A stretch of DNA of 64,000 nucleotides, taken from assembly GCA_002269645.1 (NCBI GenBank), contig NIVC01000477.1:62001-126000 (forward strand), in the 5' to 3' direction. Shown here piece after piece: positions 40,498-64,000 of this stretch. Both the position numbers and the translations under genes were made by a program. This DNA is from Macrostomum lignano. Taxonomy: Eukaryota. A model generated the notes under the pieces. It was not told the DNA's origin. It saw only the letters and a program-made list of their open reading frames with translations, and did no database searches. Position 1 is the stretch's first letter. Each line of letters opens with the position of its first letter.

Positions 40498-42451
40498 GGT
40501 CCTGCAGTCGGAGAGCCATGCGTTTAAGAATTCTGGGCGGCGGCCGAGACCCTGGGCTGAACATCGAGACGAGCGGTCTGTGGTCAGTAGTGACTGTAAA
40601 GTGCTCGCAGCCGCTGAGATAATGATGAAATTTTAGGCAGCCATACTTTACTGCGAATGCCTCGCGCTCGGTCTGCGAGTACCGCTGCTCGGTGGCGCTG
40701 AGGCTGCGGCTCGCGTAGGCCACCGGTCGAATCGAACCTTCCGGTTGCACTTGGGCTAGGATGGCGCCGGCTCCGGTTGGACTGGCATCGACAATCAGCC
40801 GGGACTGCAGATCTTTGCTGAAGAATGCCAGCGCCTGGCTACTGGCTATCGTACGCTTGATGTCGACGAAAGCTGCTTCTTGATGGTCGCCCCACGTCCA
40901 CTCTGCCCCGTGCTTTGTCAGATCTCGGAGCGGCCGTGCCCTGTCGGACAGGTTGCTAATGAAGCGAGCGACAAAGGTGACGAGGCCAAGGAAGGACCGG
41001 ACCTCGGTAGCGTTGGTCGGTCTTTTGAAGCAGTTGATGGCCGCCACCTTCTCCGTGCTGGGATGGATTCCGGCTGCTGTGAGGCGCATGGCGAGGAAGT
41101 CGACTTCTTGCTGCGCGAACCTGCACTTCGCCGGGTTGAGGGTGATATTGTGGTCTCGCAGCCGCTGCAGACAGTCGCGCAGTCGCTGGTTGTGCTCTTC
41201 GATACACTTGGCGTAGATGAGGATGTTGTCGTGTACCCAGCGCACGCCGGGGAGTCCGCTCAGAACAGTCGTCATCACGCGCTGCAGGATTTCGGAGGCT
41301 GACGTATGGCCCATGCAGAGGCGCCTCAGTCGCATAAGACCTAGTGGCGTTGAGAAGGTCAGGAGCTCCCTCGAGTCTTCGGCCACCTCGATTTGGTGAA
41401 AGGCCTTGGCGACATCTAACTCTGAGAAACATGTTGATCCGGCCATCTCGTCCGTGACCTCCTCAAATGTGGGAATCGGTTGCTTCTCGGGAATCACGAA
41501 TTTGTTGACCTCGCGGAGATCCTGGGTGATGCGGATTCGTCCCTTGTCGTCCTTTGGAACAGCCACCATTCTTGAGCACCATGTAGGTCCGTGGACACGC
41601 TCGATGATGCCTTGAACAAACTGCTCTTCCAGCTCTTTTCTGACGATGTCTCTGAGGTGCACTGGCACGCGTGATGGTGCTTGGCATGTTGGCGTGGCAT
41701 CGGGGCGCAGCTTGATGGAGACGCGGACGCCTTTGACGCAGCCGATGCCGTGAAATCGATCCTCGAATTCGGTCAGGATGCTTTGCAGCTGCGGGTTGTC
41801 GGTCGGGTGCTGGTCGTTGATGCTTCGTGACCCGGTGAGACCTGCCACTAATACGGGTTGCTTGTTGGCTCCTGGGCCGACCTGTAGCATGCCGAGCTCG
41901 GTGCTGGTCTGTCTCCCGATGATGGGGGGGGGGATGCAGCTGCTTTTTAGGATGATGAAGTTCGGCTGCAGCTTGTGCCCGTTTGCCGTCACGACCAGCC
42001 TGGCTTTTCCCTCAACGGCCAGCGGTTGGCTTGCGCCAAGTGGGAAAACCCTTGTGCTGCAGGGCTCGATCCTGGTGTCCGGGTTGCTGATCCGCCTGAA
42101 GGTGCACAGGTCGAGCACGTTGCAACTCGCTCCGCTGTCGATGAGCGCCCTAACTGCGAGGCCATTGATGCTGATGACGAACTTAGCGCTCCCGTTCTTG
42201 TCTTCCAGCGTGCAGAACACTTCCTCGTATAACTGGTCAGTCGGCTCGTCCGAGTCGTGGCCAAGTGCATTGGTGCGAGAACGGCTACTGAGACAGGCCT
42301 TAGCGAGGTGGCTCATCTTGCCACAGCTATCGCACTTCTTGCACTGGGCCTTGTTGCAGCTTCGGTGTCCAGACTCTCCGCAGCGGATGCATTTGCTGTT
42401 AGTCTTTGGCGGCTCGCGGGCTGACCCACCTGGCTGGCGGCGGCGCAGCAT
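40292..42451 (-). pseudogene. pol: Zinc knuckles-protease-RT-RNase H ORF (719 aa); RT catalytic motif altered to VHDN
   Basis: ORF track protein with the motifs listed for the element; a frameshift near 40400-40450 separates it from integrase. Confidence 0.92.
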
Positions 42452-42993
42452 GTTGACGTCTTTCGGGGGTGGCAGCGCTTTTCGACATGATGGCGGCTTG
42501 CTTTTCGGCCGCCTCGTGAGTTCTGGCTAACTGTAGAGTGTCTACGAGACTGATGTTTCGTACGTTTAAGAGTCGCTTCCTGAGGGCATCGCTGCGGCAA
42601 CAGGCCACGATTTGATCTCGGATCAGTGACTGCTGCAGGTCTCCAAACTGGCACGCTTCTGATGCGCTCCACAGTCTGCTGTACCATGAGTCAATCTGTT
42701 CGCCATCCTCTTGAAGGCATTCCGGAATTGGTATCTGATGAAGACGACATTGTCGCGGCCTTTGCGCTTTGGCCATCTGCGATAGTTTCGCTGTTAGCGA
42801 TCTCTTTGTACATGTCGCTGATATCCTTTCCGGCCGTGTAGAGCAGAGTTTCCCGCTTTTGGGCCTCATTGGTGATGCCGCTGGCCGCCAGGTAGCGCTG
42901 TAGGTTGTCAGCCCATTCTTGCCAACGTCTGCTGACTGTGTGTGGGTCTTCTCTAATGCTGAATGATGCTGGGGGCGGCAGTTGCAAGGCCAT
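42399..42993 (-). pseudogene. gag: gag, frameshifted
   Basis: MALQLPPP...RWQEWADNLQRYL in one frame, QEDGEQIDSWYSRL...LIRDQIV in another; shifts near 42720-42740 and about 42450. Confidence 0.85.
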
Positions 42994-43000
42994 GGCTCGC

Positions 43001-43015
43001 GCTCTTGCGACGCCA
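43001..43015 (-). promoter_or_regulatory. Primer-binding site TGGCGTCGCAAGAGC (tRNA not assigned)
   Basis: TGG-starting tract 1 nt inside the 5' LTR; the gag ATG (42993) follows within 8 nt. Confidence 0.75.
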
Positions 43016-43016
43016 A

Positions 43017-43240
43017 TGTAATGGCTATAGTAGGAAAGGCCGGAGTTTGCTGAGACAAAAGGTGGAGCCCTGCTAGGTGGGCTGATCAATATTTATTCAT
43101 TTTGACTATGGATAAAATCACGCCACCCGAGTGGGGGGGGGGGTAGAGATTCGCCGCACTTGAAGTGCATGAATTTGTACATACTGTACGCAAGGCTGAT
43201 GTACATATAAATTGGGCTCGCGCGAGCACTACGAGCTACA
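43017..43240 (-). repeat. 5' LTR (224 bp)
   Basis: TG...CA on the + strand; followed by TSD GATTA. Confidence 0.93.
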
Positions 43241-43277
43241 GATTAAGGAATAGAATGGATTACTAATCTATAGCGTA

Positions 43278-43645
43278 GGGGGGCCGTAGCCCAGCGGTAG
43301 CGCAGCTGCTCTGGTGGGCCAGCGACCCAGGCTCGATTCCAAGTGCAGTCACATTAATTTGGGGCTGAATTGGAATCTCGGCTTGGCTCTGCTCGTGCAA
43401 TTAACGGCCTTGAGAGCCAACCCCCCAAGGCGCAGTGAAGTGTACATGCCTAACGATAATATAAAGTTAGGGCCGCTGTACACTCCTGTGTGAGTGTGTG
43501 CCTGCGAACGTATCCGCGCGCTTGTGTGCCTGCTCAGGGGAGTCGGCGGAATGGGCAGTAATGCCTCTCGCCGGTTGTGTGCCTATGTCGCTTAAAGTGC
43601 GCCAGGGTGCACACAACCCCCCTGCCTCTATAAAATAAAAAAAAA
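43278..43645 (+). mobile_element. tRNA-derived SINE (~368 bp) with A-rich tail
   Basis: A box TAGCCCAGCGG (43287-43297), B box GGCTCGATTCC (43330-43340), tail TATAAAATAAAAAAAAA, 13-bp TSD AATCTATAGCGTA (43265-43277, 43646-43658). Confidence 0.9.
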
Positions 43646-44575
43646 AATCTATAGCGTATGGATTAAGGAATAGGATGGATTGCCAATCTATAGCCTATAG
43701 ATTAAGGAATAGAATGGATTGCTAATCTATAGTGTATGGATTAAGGAATGGAATGGATTGCTAATCTATAGTGTAAAGATTAAGGAATAGACAGGATAAT
43801 TGCTAATCTATAGCGTATGGATTAAGGAATAGAATAGATTGCTAATCTGTGCCTCCATATCAAGGCAAAGAATAGGAATAACAATCTGTCTTGTGGATCA
43901 GGTGAATTTCATAACTGGAGTGCAATTGTCTCTACAATGCTTGCTGTTTCGCCTCTCGGAGAATACAGCAACTGGTTTAGTCTAGCGGCTCTGCATGCCA
44001 TTGACAATAGCAGTTAGTAAACCAGGCGGCCTATTGTTGTTTTTAGCGTTTCGGCTGTTAGCTTGGTCTGCCCAGATGCCCGAGTGCAGTGGCCCCGGTA
44101 AGGAAGTGAGGGGGTGTTAAACCTGCGCCGCTTATAAATTTGGAAATAGCTTGCCGCTCGAGAGATGAGACGAATTCAATAGAGGATAGGGGCTGGGGAT
44201 GAAGAGGGAATAAGCTCCCCGCCCACCTCTCGTCTCCATATGCAAGAGGAAATGGAAGAGAGCCAATCAGTGCCGATCTCAAGAACGGGAACGAGGGTAT
44301 ATTACTCTGCGCACCTTAAACTGCGCTTCTCTCTTTGTGTCTCGCAGCAAGATCCGTTGTTTTTATTTATTTACCATGCTTTGTAGTAAACTTCCATCTG
44401 TCTATGTAGGGTATTGAAGAGGAAAAATATATAATAGTTTGGTTCATTTTATAATAACTTTTATCCTTGGCCTGTTACCGATGAGCACGAGGTGAGTTTT
44501 TTAATCTGTGCATCTGAAGTCGTGTATTTCTGGCTATTTGGAGTCAAGGAGATTAAGGTAATTAAGGCACTAAGT

Positions 44576-44833
44576 GGATTGCTAATCTATAGCCTATGGA
44601 TGAAGGAATTCGAGTGGATTGCTAATCTATAGCCTTATGGATTAAGGAATAGAATGGATTGCTAATCTACAGCCTATAGATAAGGAATAGAATGGATTGC
44701 TAATCTACAGCCTATAGATAAGGAATAGAATGGATTGCTAATCTACAGCCTATAGATAAGGAATAGAATGGATTGCTAATCTACAGCCTATAGATAAGGA
44801 ATAGAATGGATTGCTAATCTACAGCCTTAGATT
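44576..44833. repeat. 38-bp variant of the GGATTGCTAATCTA minisatellite
   Basis: GGATTGCTAATCTACAGCCTATAGATAAGGAATAGAAT tandem copies. Confidence 0.9.
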
Positions 44834-45920
44834 AAACACAGAATAGCATCGTGGATCTGTTTTTAGGATTAGAACATCGCAGGAAAAGTACTTTGAATTC
44901 TGCAATCCTGCACTGAATCTCTAGCACTGGCGTCATTCGTAGGCAGAAATCAAAACAGGATATGAAACAATGCTTCAGTGCCTTTAATTGGTCAACGAAA
45001 TTTCGAGCAGACATCTGATACCTATTTTTTTGTCTTATTTCTATCTTAAATTTGTTATAATGACGTACAGTTCACATCATTTTCATGCAATTTTTTTGTG
45101 TTGTCGCATACGTTTTGTTTTAATCCGCGAAGTCTTCATTTCCTTTGAAAATATGTTTTAAGCTTTTTTAATTATTCTAGCTGAAATTCATTTTTTTCTA
45201 TCTGGGCGTGGTTCGCAGCCGCTTGTCTGTTTGACTATACTGGGCAATTCTCAACTCTCTGCCTACCTGACATTCGGCTTCAATCATTAGTGTCAAGCGA
45301 GTTAGGGCAGCTATAGCTATTCTCGTGCGTGTTTCACTCGACTCAGGAGACAGGCACGGGGCATTTCCGCTCTGACTGTATGATTTCCCCAGATTGAATA
45401 GCTGCACATGCACAGCTGGAGAAAATTGTCGAAAAGATTGCAGAAAAAGTGGAGATATTTTTGAGGAAATAATCAAGCTAACGGGGTTGTCCGAACACCT
45501 GCTGCCTTTCTGCAGGCAAATGATTTTTCCTACCTCCGATCTGCTTTTTTATGACCTGTCTGCATCTATCAGTTCAGCGAGATGATTAGATGCAGATGAT
45601 AGATTCCAGAAGCACGGAATTTCATTGATTCTGTATCATAAAATTGCCAAAGCATTTTCTGTCTTTAATCTTTCTACTTTTGAAGAGCGCACGAATTAAT
45701 TCCCCTAACCCTAGTAATCACAGGTTTGAGTACTAGAGCTAGATATATCTCTTGCAACAAATTTTCTACTCTTCTTTCAGTAGCTTGCCTGCGCAGTGTC
45801 TCTTAAATTTAATGTGGCAGCTAAAATTTTCATTTTTTCCTCAGTGTTTGCGGCCTCCGGAGCACATTGGGTTAGGAATAAACAGCAAACATTCAACTTC
45901 GATGTACACAAGTGAATGCA

Positions 45921-46840
45921 AGACGGACGAAAATCAGCCTAGGGGGGGGGCAGACCCAATCTAACTCAGCCAATGAGAGAACAGTAAGGAGAGAAGGTCA
46001 AAGTCAGACGGACAAAACTCAGCTTAGGTGGGGGGGTGCAGGCCCAATCTAGCTCAGCCAATGAGAGAGCAGTAAGGAGAGAGGTCTAAAGGGGGAGGCT
46101 TCACAAGCGCTAATTTTCATAAGCGCTAACTCACCTACTTTCACAAGCGCTAAATTTCACAAACGCTAAACTTCATAACCGATAACTCACTTACTTTCAC
46201 AAGCGCTAAACTTCACAAGCGCTAAACTTCAGAATAGCGAAACCACCTACTTTCACAAGCGCTAAACTTCACATTAGCTACGAATTTGTCACCTACTTTC
46301 ACAAGCGCTAAACTTCACAACCGCTAAAACACAAATATCGCCTACTTTCACAAGCGCTAAACTTCACAAACGCTAACCTTTACAATCCCCAAAACACGAA
46401 TGTCGGTTTCTTTTACAAGCGCTAAAATGTTAATTTACTATATATACTAATATACTAATACTAATATACTATACTAATATACTAATAAACTATTTTAGCG
46501 GTTGTGAAGTTTAGCGCTTGTGAAAGTAGGCGACATTTGTGTTTTAGCGGTTGTGAAGTTTAGCGTTTGTGAAGTTTAGCGCTTGTGAAGTTTAGCGCTT
46601 GTGAAGTTTAGCGCTTGTGAAAGTAGGCGACATTTGTGTTTTAGCGGTTGTGAAAGTAGGTGGTTTCGCTATTCTGAAGTTTAGCGCTTGTGAAATTTAG
46701 CGCTTGTGAAAGTCCATGTCGTTAGCGGTTATGAAAATTAGCGCTTGTGAAAGCGACCCGGTCAAAGTCAGACAGACGGACGAAACTCAGCCTAGGGGAC
46801 AGACCCAATCTGGTTCAGCCAATAAGAGAACAGTCATGAG
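45921..46840. repeat. Three diverged ~85-bp direct repeats (45921, 46007, 46760), each with two CCAAT motifs; copies 2 and 3 are separated by the foldback element
   Basis: AGACGGAC(G/A)AAA..CAGC(C/T)TAGG...CCCAATCT...CAGCCAAT(G/A)AGAG recurs three times. Confidence 0.8.
46091..46759. mobile_element. Foldback/MITE-like non-autonomous element with long inverted arms built of TTCACAAGCGCTAAAC subrepeats
   Basis: The left arm (46091-46427) is the inverse of the right arm (46493-46759) around an AT-rich spacer; imperfect flanking duplication GGTCTAAA / GGTCAAA. Confidence 0.75.
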
Positions 46841-47504
46841 GTCAATGTTGGGTCAATATGAGCGTAAAAAAATATGTATACAAATGTATACAAAAAAGTT
46901 AAAAATTTATACTTAGAAAATACAAGTAGGCTCAGCATAAAGAAAGATAGCTTGTTAGCTGGCGAGCATATCGTTGCATAGTTTACACCTTCGTAGCCGT
47001 TTACCTAGGCGATGATATTAGGGGGCCAATTCAATTCATTTTTGTTGTTGTATTTCAGCTGCACTTTTCATCAGCTCAACCTGACATTTAGTAGATTGCC
47101 ACGATGAGGCGGGGAGCCTGCAGGGCTTTGCAATCGGTTTCTAATTAAACCAGCAATCGGAAAGTCACGAAAAGGATCTCTGACTTGCTGTGTTTCTACA
47201 GGGGAGTGGAGATGAAAGAGATTTGAGCTGCCTTGCCTGAGCGAACCAACCAGGTGCACAGCGTGAGCTTGAAGATTGGGAATAAGGGCCCGCCAGTATC
47301 ATGCATGGCGCGGTTTTCTAGGAGCGCAAAAAATAGAAAATATTAATAAACATTGTTTTAAGTCAGGAGTACATCGCATTCTCGATTGCTAATATGTCAA
47401 TAACTCGACTCCTATCTGAGTTCTATTTTCATAACTGGCATATTCTCTGCTACTAGGCTAATTTAGTAATTTTTGACGCCAATAATGTTGATTTCCCGTG
47501 TCTG

Positions 47505-48000
47505 TGCGCCACAATCAGAGTCTAGGCGCCACAATCAGAGTTTAGGCGCCACAATCAGAGTCTAGGCGCCACAATGAGAGTCTAGGCGCCACAATCAGAG
47601 TCTAGGCGCCACAATCAGAGTTTAGGCGCCACAATCAGAGTCTAGGCGCCACAATGAGAGTCTAGGCGCCACAATCAGAGTCTAGGCGCCACAATGAGAG
47701 TTTAGGCGCCACACTGAAAGTTTAGGCGCCACACTGAGAGTCTAGGCGCCACAATCAGAGTCTAGGCGCCACAATTAGTGTCTATGCGCCACAATGAGTC
47801 TAGGCGCCACACTAAGAGTCTAGGCGCCATAAACGAGTGCAATGAGTGTCTAAGCGCCACAATGAGTGTCTAACTGCCACAATGAGTGCCTGTGCACCAC
47901 AATGAGTGTCTAACTGCCACAATGAGTGCCTGTGCGCCACAATGAGTGCCTGTGCGCCACAATGAGTGCCTGTGCGCCACAATGAGATTCTAGGCGCCAA
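47505..48000. repeat. 20-bp minisatellite GGCGCCACAATCAGAGTCTA grading to TGTGCGCCACAATGAGTGCC
   Basis: Tandem copies read directly. Confidence 0.92.
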
Positions 48001-49203
48001 GAAAGTGTCTGAAGAGCCGCTAAAATCAATCTGAAGAAGTACATCCTGCACTTTGATCCCTAAGCCAGCAGCAGTGGTGCAAATCGCACAGTCTGTAGCC
48101 AACACACACAGCTCGGTGGATTTGAGTCAGCAAACGAAATGCCTCTTAGGGATAAATAGGGGATGTTTTAAATTCCTGACCCGTATCTCAGCTCCGCTCC
48201 CCGAAATCCCAAATCTTTCTAAAGCTTGGCTTAAAGCTCCGAGAGTCGTCAGGGCTCCCGTGCATCTCCCCATGTCTCTCCTTTTTCGCTACAAAAAAAG
48301 ATTTCTGCTGGCTATACTCAAAGGATAAAAGCTAAGCTAAAATGCGCGGCGTGAGTTCCCAGCAATGCCATGCCGTCAATGCGTTAGATGGATTAAAACG
48401 ACTGAACTTGTTTCCAGACGATGTAGGGATTCTAATCCATCACCTTCCTCAGTGCAGTCCAGTCTGACTGTGTAGATACTGTGGGTGCAAGAAGCGCTGC
48501 TGTTACAATTTTTCAGTTATCCTCGCGAAAAATTGATGTCGATCCACACCACAAATACTAGAATAGCTAGATGGGCCACTCAGCACATTTGCGTGTAAGC
48601 TACTTTCAGTTCAGTAGTAAGGTAAACTGAAGCATTTTAGTGCATTTTAAAGTTAAAGTTCATTTACTGGCTCTTACCCCCTTGCAGCTTAAACCCCGAA
48701 CCGCGCCTGGCCCACACTACCCCCTCTTGCCCCAAATTTTATTGCCCTTCTCGGAATTCCAGCCTAAAGCTGCCATGTACATTTCAGTGGACTGGCTAAT
48801 GTACATTGTTGCTGAACCAATTAGCAAGCTGTTTACGCCTGCAAGCTTGGCCTTCTAAACTTATCAAAGTCATCTCAGCTGCCTTTATTTTTATAAAATA
48901 GCTTATGTATTCTTCTTTGCTACTGAACTGAAAGTAGAAGGCTGCTTTACAAAGTATATATATATATATCCAGAGTGGCCCATTTATTTTAGTATCTGTG
49001 ATCCGCTCTGGCCTATAAATTCCTTTTAAGATTTTGTCATCATAATCGGTGCCTTATCATACTACTTTCCATATGAGTCTACAAGTAGCATGGAAAAGAT
49101 TTTTAATAAATAATTTTGAGCAAAATTAAATAAACAATTTTAAGCAAAATTATTTAAATTCAGACACCGAAACTCGTCGCGCCGTCGTCATAGCAACAGC
49201 GCG

Positions 49204-62349
<13,146 letters not shown>

Positions 62350-62459
62350 GTGAGCTGTTGAGGATTTGATGCTCCAGGTGGGATTGTTGTTTCTCAAGTT
62401 GCAATGCATTTAACTTTGCTTGTTGTTGTCAATTGGTTATGGTAGTCAGTCAGGTAAGA

Positions 62460-62780
62460 TGAATTTGTGGATAGGTGGGGGAGATAGGTAGAGAGGTGAG
62501 TGGGTACAGATAGTATGCTAGCTATTAATGGCTTGGTAGGTTTAATAAATAGATAGACAGGTAGGCTGGTAGATAAGGTAGATAGGTAGGGTATGGTAAA
62601 TAAGGTAGATAGGTCTAGGTACGTAGGATGTGGTAGATGAGATAGATAGAGTAGACAGGTAGGATGATAGATAGGGTAGATAAGTAATCAAATAGGGTGT
62701 GGTTGATATGGTAGATCGGTGTGAACATGTAGGGTAGTAGATCAGGTAGATCAGGTAGATAAGGTAGACAGGTAGGTAAA
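62460..62780. repeat. Degenerate GGTA/GATA purine-rich low-complexity tract
   Basis: Recurrent GGTAGATA words. Confidence 0.7.
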
Positions 62781-63434
62781 CAGAAATATTCAAAGGTGAC
62801 ATCCTCAGTCTGAGAGCAGGAGGTTGCAGCTCCAACTCTCTGTACATGTACTGGTGCGCTCGAAACCTATTACAGAAGTACAACAGGAGTTTTGAAATTT
62901 GATTATTCAACCTGATTTGATTATTTAACCTGTCATAAAAGTAAAGTTGCTATTTCGCTATTTCAATTTCGTTCTATAAGCGTATTAGTTATCAACAGAA
63001 GTTGATTCCGCTTGAATGCGTTTTGTCCTTAATATTTCCTGCAATTTTGGCCAAAGCCCCGCCCAAGCGCTCATGCAGCTACCCATATAAGACTACCTAC
63101 TTATTCCTCTCTTGCCAAGGTTGCCTACCAATTTGTTTAATCCTAATCCTAAAACTCAAACCAAGCGATCTTTTGTTGAGGGGGGGGGGTTGCTGACTCT
63201 CCTGCTCCCCGCTCCCTGCTGTGCCGCTAAAACACCCGGCATGCACAAGCCTTCACTCTGAAATAGTGCGCATAAGAAAATAAAGCTGTCACAACCCTGT
63301 CAGTGCATCGTTCTCGGTTAAGGATTAAGTATGCCTAACGGGTATGGACAGTGCAGCATATACAGTCCACTTTTGATTCAGCCTGTTTCCAGGTCGCTTG
63401 AGTGCTAAATATTTCTGTAAAAAGGCAATTTGTT

Positions 63435-63979
<545 letters not shown>

Positions 63980-64000
63980 TTAGATTCAACTAGATTAGTT

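Larger units (their letters stand above)
38732..43240 (-). mobile_element. Ty3/Gypsy (Mag-like) LTR retrotransposon, full length, coding region frameshifted
   Basis: Direct LTRs of 216 and 224 bp; 5-bp TSD GATTA (38727-38731, 43241-43245); domain order gag with two CCHC knuckles, PR (ALIDSGAS), RT, RNase H (DASPTG, YSQTEREA, TDHRPL), IN (HHCC; LDFLGP, TDNGPPF, PQANGATER). Confidence 0.96.

Noticed and set aside
39051-42841. Plus-strand ORFs over the retroelement
   Set aside because: Antisense shadows of GC-rich gag-pol.
43278-43352. Functional tRNA gene
   Set aside because: The acceptor stem does not pair well, and the sequence continues into a SINE body with tail and TSD.
44832-45585. Short ORFs on both strands between the satellites
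   Set aside because: No recognisable motifs or consistent splice chain.

Overview
Eukaryotic (animal) genomic DNA with GC-rich exons and introns made largely of tandem repeats. The style suggests a flatworm such as Macrostomum, but that is inference only. Most long ORFs in the supplied track are artefacts of minisatellites. Supported content: (1) a ~21 kb purine-strand satellite (1035-22120) with 12/14/15-nt monomers and nested higher-order repeats, running directly into (2) a divergent 11-exon vinculin gene (+, 22127-36399; all splice phases consistent, 953 codons visible, N-terminus not resolved). (3) A 4.5 kb Ty3/Gypsy (Mag-like) LTR retrotransposon (-, 38732-43240, TSD GATTA) and, 37 bp away, a tRNA-derived SINE (43278-43645, 13-bp TSD), both inserted in one 39-bp minisatellite. 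(4) A foldback/MITE-like element (46091-46759). (5) A multi-exon F-BAR (FES/FER-type) protein gene (+, from 49204, probably continuing past 62349), with a GC-AG intron and a full-length D34D mariner (58920-60228) inserted in a (TATC)n tract. Most interesting: nearly every intron holds its own minisatellite; unrelated arrays share cores and even a boundary sequence; two introns are packed with dozens of tandem CAG|GT splice-site-like units; inverted cores bracket one exon; and the giant satellite grades into a conserved vinculin coding motif with no recognisable 3' splice site. Protein family assignments come from remembered motifs, not database searches. Repeat boundaries are approximate.
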